Program-made: the position numbers and the translations under genes | Shown here: one piece after another, positions 13,301 through 29,044 of the stretch | How the letters are laid out: each line of letters starts with the position of its first letter | Position numbering within the stretch: position 1 is the first letter of the stretch | Source: the human T2T-CHM13v2.0 reference genome, Homo sapiens | Assembly (NCBI RefSeq): GCF_009914755.1 | Contig: NC_060925.1 | Direction: 5' to 3' (one strand) | DNA: 64,000 nt | The notes under the pieces: generated by a model | What the model saw: the letters and a program-made list of their open reading frames with translations, nothing else | Told to the model about the DNA's origin: nothing | The model's database searches: none

Positions 13301-16300
13301 ACAGCAGTTTCTGAGAATGCTTCCATGTATCTTTGATGAGAAGATATTTCCTTTTCCACCCCAGGCCTCGAAGCCCTCCAAATGTCCCCTTGCAGATGCT
13401 AGAAAGTGAGGGTTTCAAAGCTGCTCTATCAAAAGGAAAGTACAACACTGCGAGTTGAATGCAAACATCACAAAGAAGTTCCTGAGCATGCTTCCGTTTA
13501 GCTTTTACGGGAAGATTATCCCTTTTCCATCGGAATGTTCAAAGAGGTCCACATATCCGCTTGCAGCTTCCACCGAAAGAGTGTTTCCATACTGCTGCAT
13601 CAAAAGGAATCCTCAGCTCCGTGAGTTGAATGCAATCATCACCAAGAAGATTCTGAGAATGCTTCTCTCTAGTTTTTATGTGAAGATATTTCCTTATCCA
13701 CCACAGGCCTGAAAGGGCTCCAAATGTCCACTTGGAGGCTCTACGAAAAGAATGTTTCAAAACTGCTCCATGAAAAGCAATGTTATACTCTGGGAGTTGA
13801 ACACAAGCCTCACAAAGGAGTTTCTGAGAATTCTTCTGTTTACTTTTTACGTGAGGATATTCCCGTTTCCAAAGAAGTCTTCACAGAATTCCACCTATCC
13901 ATTTGCAGATGCTAGCAAAAGAGAGTTTCAAAACTGCTCTATCAAAAGGAATGTTCAACTCTGTGAGTTGCATGCAATCATCACAGAGAAGTTTCTGAGA
14001 AGGCTTCTGTCTAGATTTTATGTGAAGATATAGCCTTTTCGAACGAAGGCCACAAAGTGCTCCAAATATCCACTTGCAGGTCCTCCAGAAAGAGTGTTTC
14101 AAACGTGAACTACCAAAGGAAGGCTCAACTCTGGAGTTTGAATGCCAACGTCGGAAAGATGTTTCTGCGAAAGCTTCTGTTTAGTTAGGCGACGTTATCC
14201 CGTTTCCAACGAAATCCTCAGAGAGGTCCAAATATCCACCTGCAGAGTCTACAAAAAGTGTGTTTCAAAACTGCTCCACCCAAAGGAATGTTCAGCTCTG
14301 TGAGTTGAACTCAATCATCCCAAAGTAGTTTCTGAGAATGCTTCTGTCCAGTTTTTACATGAAGCTGTTTCCTTTACTACCGTAGGCCTCAAAGCGTTCC
14401 AAATCTCCACTTGCAGATGCTACGAAAGGAGCGTTTCAACCTGAACTCACAAGGGAAGGTTCACCTCTGTCAGTTGAATGTCAACATCACAAAGAAGTTC
14501 TGAGAATGTTCCTCTTCAGTTATGTGAGGTTTATCCCGTTTCCAACGAAATTCTCGGAGAAGTCCCAATATCCACTTGCATATACTACAAAACGTGTGTT
14601 TTGAAAATGCTCCATCAAAAGACCTGCTCAGCTCTGTGAGTTAAACTCAATCATCGCAAAGAATTTTCTGAGAATGCTTCTGTCTTGTTTTTAGATGAAG
14701 TTCTTTCCTTTACTACGACAGGCCTCAAAGAGGTCCAAATCTCCACTTGCAGATTCTGCAGAAGGAGTGTTTCAAACCTGAACTGTCAGAGAAAGGTTCA
14801 ACACTGTGAGTTGAAGGCAAGCATCACGAAGAAGGTTCTGAGAATGCTTCCGTTTACATAGGTGAGTTCTCTCCCATATCCAACGAAATCCTCAGTGCGG
14901 TCCGAATCTCCACTTGCAGATTCTACACAAAGTGTGTTTGGAAACTGCTCCATCCAAAGCAATGTTCAGCTCCGTGAGTTGAACTCTATCGTCACAAAGT
15001 GTTTCCTGGGAATGCTACTGTCTCGTTTTTATGTGCAGTTATATCCTCTACTGCCATAGGCCTCAAAGCGGTCCAAATCTCCCCTTTCAGATTCTACCGA
15101 AAGTGTGTTTCCAAACGGCTCCATCAAAGGGAATGTTCAGCTCGGTGACTTGAAAGCAATCATCACAAAGCAGCTTCTGAGAATGCTTCCATGTAGCTTT
15201 CATGAGAAGATATTTCCTTTTCCACCCCAGGCCTCGAAGCCCTCCAAATGTCCCCTTGCAGATGCTAGAAAGAGAGGGTTTCAAAGCTGCTCTATCAAAA
15301 GGAAAGTACAACTCTGCGAGTTGAATGCAAACATCACAAAGAAGTTCCTGAGCATGCTTCCGTTTAGCTTTTACGGGAAGATTATCCCTTTTCCATCGGA
15401 ATGTTCAAAGAGGTCTACATATCCGCTTGCAGATTCCACCGAAAGAGTGTTTCCAAACTGCTGCATCAAAAGGAATCCTCAGCTCCGTGAGTTGAATGCA
15501 ATCATCACCAAGAAGTTTCTGAGAATGCTTCTCTCTAGTTTTTATGTGAAGATATTTCCTTATCCACCACAGGCCTGAAAGCGCTCCAAATGTCCACTTG
15601 GAGGCTCTACGAAAAGAATGTTTCAAAACTGCTCCATGAAAAGCAATGTTATACTCTGGGAGTTGAACACAAGCCTCACAAAGGAGTTTCTGAGAATGCT
15701 TCTGTTTACTTTTTACGTGAGGATATTCCCGTTTCCAAAGAAGTCTTCACAGAGTTCCACCTATCCATTTGCAGATGCTAGCAAAAGAGAGTTTCAAAAC
15801 TGCTCTATCAAAAGGAATGTTCAACTCTGTGAGTTGCATGCAATCATCACAGAGAAGTTTCTGAGAAGGCTTCTGTCTAGATTTTATGTGAAGATATAGC
15901 CGTTTCGAACGAAGGCCACAAAGTGCTCCAATATCCACTTGCAGGTCCTCCAAAAAGAGTGTTTCAAACGTGAACTACCAAAGGAAGGCTCAACTGTGGA
16001 CTTTGAATGCCAACGTCAGAAAGATGTTTCCGCGAAAGCCTCTGTTTAGTTAGGCGACGTTATCCCATTTCCAACGAAATCCTCAGAGAGGTCCAAATAT
16101 CCACCTGCAGAGTCTACAAAAAGTGTGTTTCAAAACTGCTCCACCCAAAGGAATGTTCAGCTCTGTGAGTTGAACTCAATCATCCCAAAGTATTTCCTGA
16201 GAATGCTTCTGTCCAGTTTTTACGTGAAGCTGTTTCCTTTACTACCGTAGGCCTCAAAGCGTTCCAAATCTCCACTTGCAGATGCTACGAAAAGAGCGTT

Positions 16301-17790
16301 TCAACCTGAACTCACAAGGGAAGGTTCACCTCTGTCAGTTGAATGTCAACATCACAAAGAAGTTCTGAGAATGTTCCTCTTCAGTAATGTGAGGTTTATC
16401 CCGTTTCCAACGAAATTCTCGGAGAAGTCCCAATATCCACTTGCATATTCTACAAAACGTGTGTTTTGAAAATGCTCCATCAAAAGACCTGCTCAGCTCT
16501 GTGAGTTAAACTCAATCATCGCAAAGAATTTTCTGAGAATGCTTCTGTCTTGTTTTTAGATGAAGTTCTTTCCTTTACTACGACAGGCCTCAAAGAGGTC
16601 CAAATCTCCACTTGCAGATTCTGCAGAAGGAGTGTTTCAAACCTGAACTGTCAGAGAAAGGTTCAACACTGTGAGTTGAATGCAAGCATCGCGAAGAAAG
16701 TTCTGAGAATGCTTCCGTTTACATAGGTGAGTTCTCTCCCGTATCCAACGAAATCCTCAGAGCGGTCCGAATCTCCACTTGCAGATTCTACACAAAGTGT
16801 GTTTGGAAACTGCTCCATCCAAAGGAATGTTCAGCTCCGTGAGTTGAACTCAATCGTCACAAAGTGTTTCCTGGGAATGCTACTGTCTCGTTTTTATGTG
16901 CAGTTATATCCTCTACTGCCATAGGCCTCAAAGCGGTCCAAATCTCCCCTTTCAGATTCTACCAAAAGTGTGTTTCCAAACGGCTCCATCAAAGGGAATG
17001 TTCAGCTCGGTGACTTGAAAGCAATCATCACAAAGCAGCTTCTGAGAATGCTTCCATGTAGCTTTCATGAGAAGATATTTCCTTTTCCACCCCAGGCCTC
17101 GAAGCCCTCCAAATGTCCCCTTGCAGATGCTAGAAAGAGAGGGTTTCAAAGCTGCTCTATCAAAAGGAAAGTACAACTCTGCGAGTTGAATGCAAACATC
17201 ACAAAGAAGTTCCTGAGCATGCTTCCGTTTAGCTTTTACGGGAAGATTATCCCTTTTCCATCGGAATGTTCAAAGAGGTCCTCATATCCGCTTGCAGATT
17301 CCAACGAAAGAGTGTTTCCAAACTGCTGCATCAAAAGGAATCCTCAGCTCCGTGAGTTGAATGCAATCATCACCAAGAAGTTTCTGAGAATGCTTCTCTC
17401 TAGTTTTTATGTGAAGATATTTCCTTATCCACCACAGGCCTGAAAGCGCTCCAAATGTCCACTTGGAGGCTCTACGAAAAGAATGTTTCAAAACTGCTCC
17501 ATGAAAAGCAATGTTATACTCTGGGAGTTGAACACAAGCCTCACAAAGGAGTTTCTGAGAATGCTTCTGTTTACTTTTCACATGAGGATATTCCCGTTTC
17601 CAAAGAAGTCTTCACAGAGTTCCACCTATCCATTTGCAGATGCTAGCAAAAGAGAGTTTCAAAACTGCTCTATCAAAAGGAATGTTCAACTCTGTGAGTT
17701 GCATGCAATCATCACAGAGAAGTTTCTGAGAAGGCTTCTGTCTAGATTTTATGTGAAGATATAGCCGTTTTGAACGAAGGCCACAAAGTG
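4400..17790 (-). repeat. Tandem duplication of a 4-HOR block (copy 1 ~4400-10330, copy 2 ~10330-17790); boundaries approximate
   Basis: Private variants recur at offset 5933 (e.g. aaagctgtccaaatatcccctttagg at ~5401 and ~11334) and at offset 7462 (e.g. cagtgcggtc and caaagcaatg at ~7431/7493 and ~14893/14955). Confidence 0.8.
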
Positions 17791-20199
17791 CTCCAATATC
17801 CACTTGCAGGTCCTCCAAAAAGAGTGTTTCAAACGTGAACTACCAAAGGAAGGCTCAACTCTGGACTTTGAATGCCAACGTCAGAAAGATGTTTCTGCGA
17901 AAGCTTCTGTTTAGTTAGGCAACGTTATCCCGTTTCCAACGAAATCCTCAGAGAGTTCCAAATATCCACCGGCAGAGTCTACAAAAAGTGTGTTTCAAAA
18001 CTGCTCCACCCAAAGGAATGTTCAGCTCTGTGAGTTGAACTCAATCATCCCAAAGTATTTCCTGAGAATGCTTCTGTCCAGTTTTTACATGAAGCTGTTT
18101 CCTTTACTACCGTAGGCGTCAAAGCGTTCCAAATCTCCACTTGCAGATGCTACGAAAAGAGCGTTTCAACCTGAACTCACAAGGGAAGGTTCACCTCTGT
18201 CAGTTGAATGTCAACATCACAAAGAAGTTCTGAGAATGTTCCTCTTCAGTTATGTGAGGTTTATCCCGTTTCTAACGAAATTCTCAGAGAAGTCCCAATA
18301 TCCACTTGCATATTCTACAAAAGGAGTGTTTTGAAAATGCGCCATCAAAAGATTTGCTGAGCTCTGTGAGTTAAACTCAATCATCGCAAAGAATTTTCTG
18401 AGAATGCTTCTGTCTTGTTTTTAGATGAAGTTCTTTCCTTTACTGCGACAGGCCTCAAAGAGGTCCAAATCTCCACTTGCAGATTCTGCAGAAGGAGTGT
18501 TTCAAACCTGAACTATCAGAGAAAGGTTCAACACTGTGTGTTGAATGCAAGCATCATGAAGAAGGTTCTGAGAATGCTTCTGTTTACGTAGGTGACTTCT
18601 CTCCCGTATCCAACGAAATCCTCAGAGCGGTGCAAATCTCCACTTGCAGATTCTACACAAAGTGTGTTTGGAAACTGCTCCATCCAAAGGAATGTTCAGC
18701 TCTGTGAGTTGAACTCAATCGTCACAAAGTGTTTCCTGGGAATGCTCCTGTCTCGTTTTTATGTGCAGTTATATCCTCTACTGCCATAGGCCTCAAAGCG
18801 GTCCAAATCTCCCCTTTCAGATTCTACCAAAAGTGTGTTTCCAAACGGCTCCATCAAAGGGAATGTTCAACACGGTGACTTGAATGCAATCATCTCAAAG
18901 CAGCTTCTGAGAATGTTTCCATGTAGCTTTGATGAGAAGATATTTCCTTTTCCACCCCAGGCCTCGAAGCCCTCCAAATGTCCCCTTGCAGATGCTAGAA
19001 AGAGGGGGTTTCAAAGCTACTCTCTCAAAAGGAAAGTACAACTCTGTGAGTTGAATGCAAACATCACAAAGAAGTTCCTGAGCATGCTTCCGTTTAGCTT
19101 TTACGGGAAGATTATCCCTTTTCCATCGGAATGTTCAAAGAGGTCCACATATCCGCTTGCAGATTCCACCGAAAGAGTGTTTCCAAATTGCTGCATCAAA
19201 AGGAATCCTCAGCTCCGTGAGTTGAATGCAATCATCACCAAGAAGTTTCTGACAATGCTTCTCTCTAGTTTTTATGTGAAGATATTTCCTTTTCCACCAC
19301 TGGCCTGAAAGCGTTCCAAATGTCCACTTGGAGGCTCTACGAAAAGAATGTTTCAAAACTGCTCTATGAAAAGCAATGTTATACTCTGGGAGTTGAACAC
19401 AAGCCTCACAAAGTAGTTTCTGAGAAGGCTTCTGTTTACTTTATACGTGAGGATATTCCCGTTTCCAAAGAAGTCTTCACAGAGTTCCACCTATCCATTT
19501 GCAGATGCTAGCAAAAGAGAGTTTCAAAACTGCTCTATCAAAAGGAATGTTCAACTCTGTGAGTTGCATGCAATCATCACAGAGAAGTTTCTGAGAAGGC
19601 CTCTGTCTAGATTTTACGTGAAGATATAGCCGTTTCGAACGAAGGCCACAAAGTGCTCCAAATATCCACTTGCAGGTCCTCCGAAAAGAGTGTTTCAAAC
19701 GTGAACTACCAAAGGAAGGCTCAACTCTGGACTTTGAATGCCAACGTCAGAAAGATGTTTCTGCGAAAGCTTCTGTTTTCTTAGGCGACGTTATCCCGTT
19801 TCCAGTGAAATCCTCAGAGAGGTCCAAATATCCACCTGCAGAGTCTACAAAAAGTTTGTTTCAAATCTGCTCCACCCAAAGGAATGTTCAGCTCTGTGAG
19901 TTGAACTCAATCATCCCAAAGTATTTTCTGAGAATGCTTCTGTCCAGTTTTTACATGAAGCTGTTTCCTTTACTACCGTAGGCCTCAAAGCGTTCCAAAT
20001 CCCCACTTGCAGATAGTACGAAAAGAGCGTTTCAACCTGAACTCACAAGGGAAGGTTCAACTCTGTCAGTTGAATGCCAACATCACAAAGAAGTTCTGAG
20101 AATGTTCCTCTTCAGTTATGTGAGGTTTATCCTGTTTCCAACGAAATTCTCAGAGAAATCCCAATATCCACTTGCATATTCTACAAAAGGTGTGTTTTG

Positions 20200-22366
<2,167 letters not shown>

Positions 22367-22380
22367 AAAATGCTCCATCA
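22367..22380 (+). repeat. L1 target-site duplication, 3' copy
   Basis: Follows the poly(A) tail. Satellite resumes in register afterwards (aaagatatgctcagctc). The exact start is blurred by the A-tail. Confidence 0.9.
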
Positions 22381-25300
22381 AAAGATATGCTCAGCTCTGT
22401 GAGTTAAACTCAATCATCACAAAGAAATTTCTGAGAATGCTTCTGTCTTGTTTTAGGATGAAGTTATTTCCTTTACTACGATAGGCCTCAAAGAGGTCCA
22501 AATCTCCACTTGCAGATTCTGCAGAAGGAGTTTTTCAAACCTGAACTATCAGAGAAAGGTTCAACAATGTGAGTTGAATGCAAGCATCACGAAGAAGGTT
22601 CTAAGAATGCTTCTGTTTAGATAGGTGAGTTTTCTCCCGTATCCAACGAAATCCTCAGAGAGGTCCAAATATCCACTTGCAGATTCTACAGAAAGTGTGT
22701 TTTGAAACTCCTCCATCCAAAGGAATGTTCAGCTCTGTGAGTTGAACTCAATCGTCACAAAGTGTTTCCTGGGAATGCTACTGTCTAGTTTTTATGTGCA
22801 GTTATATCCTCTACTGCCATAGGCCTCAAAGCGGTCCAAATCTCCCCTTGCAGATTCTACCAAAAGTGTGTTTCCAAACGGCTCCATCAAAGGGAATGTT
22901 CAACTCTGTGACTTGAATGCAATCATCACAAAGCAGTTTCTGAGAATGCTTCCATGTAGCTTTTATGAGAAGATATTTCCTTTTCCACCCCAGGCCTCGA
23001 AGCCCTCCAAATGTCCCCTTGCAGATGCTAGAAAGAGAGGGTTTCAAAGCTGCTCTATCAAAAGGAAAGTACAACTCTGTGAGTTGAATGCAAACATCAC
23101 AAAGAAGTTCCTGAGCATGCTTCCGTTTAGCTTTTATGGGAAGATTATCCCTTTTCCATCGAAATGTTCAAAGAGGTCCACATATCCGCCTGCAGATTCC
23201 ACAGAAAGAGTCTTTCCAAACTGCTGTATCAAAAGGAATCCTCAGCTCCGTGAGTTGAATGCAATCATCACAAAGAAGTTTCTGACAATGCTTCTCTCTA
23301 GTTTTTATGTGAAGATATTTCCTTTTCCACCACAGGCCTGAAAGCGCTCCAAATGTCCACTTGGAGACTCTACGAAAAGAATGTCTCAAAACTGCTCTAT
23401 GAAAAGCAATGTTATATTCTGGGAGTTGAACACAAGCCTCACAAAGGAGTTTCTGAGAATGCTTCTGTTTACTTTTTACGTGAGGATATTCCCGTTTCCA
23501 AAGAAATCTTCACAGAGTTCCACCTTCCCTTTGCAGATGCTAGAAAAAGAGAGTTTCAAAACTGCTCTATCAAAAGGAATGTTCAACTCTGTGAGTTGAA
23601 TACAATCATCACAGAGAAGTTTCTGAGAAGGCTTCTGTCTAGATTTTATGTGAAGATATACCCGTTTCCAACGAAGGCCACAAAGTGCTCCAAATATCCA
23701 CTTGCAGGTCCTCCAACAAGAGTGTTTCAACCGTGAACTATCAAAGCAAAGGTCAGCTCTGGACTTTGAATGCAAACGTCAGAAAGAAGTTTCTGCGAAA
23801 GCTTCTGTTTAGTTAGGTGACGTTATCCCGTTTCCAAAGAAATCCTCAGAGAGGTCCAAATGTCCACCTGCAGGGTCCACAAAAAGTGTGTTTCCAAACT
23901 GCTCCACCCAAAGGAATGTTCAGCTGTGTGAGTTAAACTCAATCATCACAAAGTATTTTCTGAGAATGCTTCTGTCCAGATTTTACATGAAGCTGTTTCC
24001 TTTACTACCGTAGGCCTCAAAGCATTCCAAATCTCCACTTGCAGATACTACGAAAAGAGCGTTTCAACCTGAACACAGAAGGGAAGGTTCAACTCTGTCA
24101 GTTGAATGCCAACATCACAAAGAAGTTCTGGGAATGTTTCTCTTCAGTTATGTGAGGTTTATCCCGTTTCCAACGAAATTCTCAGAGAAGTCCAAATATC
24201 CACTTGCATATTCCACAAAAAGTGTGTTTTGAACATACTCCATCAGAAGATATGCTCACCTCTGTGAGTTAAATTCAATCATCGCAAAGAATTTTCTGAG
24301 AATGCTTCTGTCTTGTTTTAGGATGAAGTTATTTCCTTTACTACGATAGGCCTCAAAAGGTCCAAATCTCCACTTGCAGATTCTGCAGAAGGAGTGTTTC
24401 AAACCTGAACTATCAGAGAAAGGTTCAACACTGTGAGTTGAATGCAAGCATCACGAAGAAGGTTCTGAGAATGCTTCTCTTTAGATAGGTGAGTTTTCTC
24501 CCGCATCCAACGAAATCCTCAGAAAGGTCCAAATATCCACTTGCAGAATCTACAGAAAGTGTGTTTTGAAACTGCTCCATCCAAAGGAATGTTCAGCTCT
24601 GTGAGTTGAACTCAATTGTCGCCAAGTGTTTCCTGGGAATGCTACTGTCTAGTTTTTATGTGCAGTTATATCCTCTACTGCCATAGGCCTCATAGCGGTC
24701 CAAATCTCCCCTTTCAGATTGTACAAAAAGTGTGTTTCCAAACGGCTCCATCAAAGGGAATGTTCAACTCTGTGACTTGAATGTAATCACCACAAAGCAG
24801 TTTCTGAGAATGCTTCCATGTAGCTTTTATGAGAAGATATTTCCTTTTCCACCCCAGGCCTCGAAGCCCTCCAAATGTCCCCTTGCAGATGCTAGAAAGA
24901 GAGGGTTTCAAAGCTGCTCTATCAAAAGGAAAGTACAACTCTGTGAGTTGAACGCAAACATCACAAAGAAGTTCCTGAGCATGCTTCCGTTTAGCTTTTA
25001 TGGGAAGATTATCCCTTTTCCATCGAAATGTTCAAAGAGGTCCACATATCCGCTTGCAGATTCCACCGAAAGACTGTTTCCAAACCGCTGTATCATAAGG
25101 AATCTTCAACTCCGTGGTTTGAATGCCATCATCACAAAGAATTTTCTGACAATACTTCTCTCTAGTTTTTATGTGAAGATATTTCCTTTTCCAACACAGG
25201 CCTGAAAGCGCTCCAAATGTCCACTTGGAGACTCTACGAAAAGAATGTCTCAAAACTGCTCTATGAAAAGCAATGTTATACTCTGGGAGTTGAACACAAG

Positions 25301-28030
25301 CCTCACAAAGGAGTTTCTGAGAATGCTTCTGTTTACTTTTTACGTGAAGATATTCCCGTTTCCAAAGAAATCTTCACAGAGTTCCACCTTCCCTTTGCAG
25401 ATGCTAGAAAAAGAGAGTTTCAAAACTGCTCTATCAAAAGGAATGTTCAACTCTGTGAGTTGCATGCAATCATCACAGAGAAGTTTCTGAGAAGGCTTCT
25501 GTCTAGATTTTATGTGAAGATATAGCCGTTTCGAACGAAGGCCACAAAGTGCTCCAAATATCCACTTGCAGGTCCTCCAACAAGAGTGTTTCAAACGTGA
25601 ACTATCAAAGCAAAGGTCAGCTCTGGACTTTGAATGCAAACGTCAGAAATAAGTTTCTGCGAAAGCTTCTGTTTAGTTAGGTGACGTTATCCCGTTTCCA
25701 ACGAAATCCTCAGAGAGGTCCAAATGTCCACCTGCAGAGTCTACAAAAAGTGTGTTTCCAAACTGCTCCACCCAAAGGAATGTTCAGCTCTGTGAGTTAA
25801 ACTCAATCATCACAAAGTATTTTCTGAGAATGCTTCTGTCCAGTTTTTACATGAAGCTGTTTCCTTTACTACCGTAGGCCTCAAAGCATTCCAAATCTCC
25901 ACTTGCAGATACTACGAAAAGAGCGTTTCAACCTGAACTCACAAGGGAAGGTTCAACTCTGTCAGTTGAATGCCAACATCACAAAGAAGTTTCTGACAAT
26001 GCTTCTCTGTAGTTTTTATGTGAAGATATTTCCTTTTCCACCACAGGCCTGAAAGCGCTCCAAATGTCCACTTGGAGACTCTACGAAAAGAATGTCTCAA
26101 AACTGCTCTATGAAAAGGAATGTTATACTCTGGGAGTTGAACACAAGCCTCACAAAGGTGTTTATGAGAATGCTTCTGTTTACTTTTTACGTGAAGATAT
26201 TCCCGTTTCCAAAGAAATCTTCACAGAGTTCCACCTATCCCTTTGCAGATGCTAGAAAAAGAGAGTTTCAAAACTGCTCTATCAAAAGGAATGTTCAACT
26301 CTGTGAGTTGAATGCAATCATCACAGAGAAGTTTCTGAGAAGGCTTCTGTCTAGGTTTTATGTGAAGATATACCCGTTTCCAACGAAGGCCACAAAGTGC
26401 TCCAAATATCCACTTGCAGGTCCTCCAACAAGAGTGTTTCAAACGTGAACTATCAAAGGAAGGTTCAGCTCTGGACATTGAATGCAAACGTCAGAAAGAT
26501 GTTTCTGCGAAAGCTTCTGTTTAGTTAGGTGACGTTATCCCTTTTCCAACGAAATCCTCAGAGAGGTCCAAATGTCCACCTGCAGAGTCTACAAAACGTG
26601 TGTTTCCAAACTGCTCCACCCAAAGGAATGTTCAGCTCTGTGAGTTAAACTCAATCATCACAAAGTATTTTCTGAGAATGCTTCTGTCCAGTTTTTACAT
26701 GAAGCTGTTTCCTTTACTACCGTAGGCCTCAAAGCGTTACAAATCTCCACTTGCATATACTACGAAAAGAGCGTTTCAACCTGAACTCACAAGGGAAGGT
26801 TCAACTCTGTCAGTTGAATGCCAACATCACAAAGAAGTTCTGGGAATGTTTCTCTTCAGTTATGTGAGGTTTATCCCGTTTCCAAAGAAATTCTCAGAGG
26901 AGTCAAAATATCCACTTGCATATTCTACAAAAAGTGTGTTCTGAACATGCTCCATCAGAAGATATGCTCAGCTCTGTGACGTAAACTCAATCATTGCAAA
27001 GAATTTTCTGAGAATGCTTCTGTCTTGTTTTAGGATGAAGTTATTTCCTTTACTACGATAGGCCTCAAAGAGGTCCAAATCTCCACTTGCAGATTCTGCA
27101 GAAGGAGTGTTTCAAACCTGAACTATCAGAGAAAGGTTCAACACTGTGAGTTGAATGCAAGCATCACGAAGAAGGTTCTGAGAATGCTTCTGTTTAGATA
27201 GGTGAGTTTTCTCCCGTATCCAAAGAAATCCTCAGAAAGGTCCAAATATCCACTTGCAGATTCTACAGAAAGTGTGTTTTGAAACTGCTCCATCCAAAGG
27301 AATGTTCAGCTCTGTGAGTTGAACTCAATCGTCACAAAGTGTTTCCTGCGAATGCTACTGTCTAGTTTTTATGTTCAGTTATATCCTCTCCTGCCAAAGG
27401 CCTCAAAGCGGTCCAAATCTCCCCTTTCAGATTCTACCAAAAGTGTGTTTCCAAACGGCTCTATCAAAGGGAATGTTCAACTCTGTGACTTGAACGCAAT
27501 CATCACAAAGCCGTTTCTCAGAATGCTTCCATGTAGCTTTTATGAGCAGATATTTCCTTTTCCACCCCAGGCCTCGAAGCCCTCCAAATGTCCCCTTGCA
27601 GATGCTAGAAAGAGAGGGTTTCAAAGCTACTCTATCAAAAGGAAAGTACAACTCTGTGAGTTGAATGCAAACATCACAAAGAAGTTCCTGAGCATGCTTC
27701 CGTTTAGCTTTTATGGGAAGATTATCCCTTTTCCATCGAAATGTTCAAAGAGGTCCACATATCCGCTTGCAGATTCCACCGAAAGAGTGTTTCCAAACTG
27801 CTGTATCAAAAGGAATCTTCCACTCCGTGAGTTGAATGCAATCATCACCAAGAAGTTTCTGACAATGCTTCTCTCTAGTTTTTATGTGAAGATATTTCCT
27901 TTTCCACCACAGGCCTGAAAGCGCTCCAAATGTCCACTTGGAGACTCAACGAAAAGAATGTTTCAAAACTGCTCTATGAAAAGCAATGTTATCCTCTGGG
28001 AGTTGAACACAAGCCTCACAAAGGAGTTTT

Positions 28031-28076
28031 TGAGAATGCTTCTGTTTACTTTTTATGCTAGACAGAAGAATTCTCA
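28031..28076. other. Strand-switch junction between the 11-mer array and the SF1 dimer array
   Basis: …tgagaatgcttctgtttacttt-TTA-tgctagacagaagaattctca…. The left array would continue tttttacgtgagg and the right array normally reads catattatgctagac, so TTA (28053-28055) is shared by both. Confidence 0.92.
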
Positions 28077-29044
28077 GTAACTTCCTTTCGTTGTGTGTAT
28101 TCAACTCACAGAGTTGAACGATCCTTTACACAGAGCAGACTTGAAACACTCTTTTTCTGGAATTTGCAAGTGGAGATTTCAGCCGCTTTGTGGTAAATGG
28201 TAGAAAAGGAAATATCTTCGTATAAAAACTAGATAGAATGATTCTCAGAAACTCCTTCATGATGTGTGCTTTCAACTCACCGAGTTTAACATTTCTTTTC
28301 ATAGAGCAGTTAGGAAACACTCTGTTTGTAAAGTCTGCAAGTGGATATTCAGACCTCCTTGAGGCCTTCGTTGGAAACCGTATTTTTTCATATTATGCTA
28401 GACAGAAGAATTCTCAGTAATTTCCTTGTGTTGTGTGTATTCAACTGACAGAGTTGAACTTTCATTTAGAGAGAGCAGATTTGAAACACTGTTTTTGTGG
28501 TATTTGCAAGTGGAGATTTCAAGCGCTTTGGGGCCAAAGGCAGAAAAGGAAATATCTTCGTATAAAAACTAGACAGAATCATTCTCAGTAACTGCTCTGT
28601 GATGTGTGCGTTCAACTCTCAGAGTTTAACTTTTCTTTTCATTCAGCAGTTTGGAAACACTCTGTTTGTAAAGTCTGCACGTGGATATTTTGACCACTTA
28701 GAGGCCTTCTTTGGAAACGGTTTTTTCTCATGTAAGGCTAGACAGAAGAATTCCCAGTAACTTCCTTGTGTTGTGTGCATTCAACTCACAGAGTTGAACG
28801 TTCCCTTAGACAGAGCAGATTTGAAACACTCTATTTGTGCAATTTGCAAGTGTAGATTTCAAGCGCTTTAAGGTCAATGGCAGAAAAGGAAATATCTTCG
28901 TTTCAAAACTAGACAGAATCATTCCCACAAACTGCGTTGTGATGTGTTTCTTCAACTCACAGAGTTTAACCTTTCTGTTCATAGAGCAGTTAGGAAACGC
29001 TCTGTTTGTAAAGTCTGTAAGTGGATATTCTGACATCTTGTGGC

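Noticed and set aside
59-19981. Repeating 60-160 aa ORFs on both strands (e.g. MFPNGSIKGNVQL…, MKHSF…)
   Set aside because: They are translations of alpha-satellite that recur with HOR period, overlap in several frames, often use non-ATG starts and show no recognisable domain.
27319-27918. Longest satellite ORF (199 aa) next to the junction
   Set aside because: It arises from one substitution (gccatagg to gccaaagg) that removes a stop and joins two recurring spurious ORFs.
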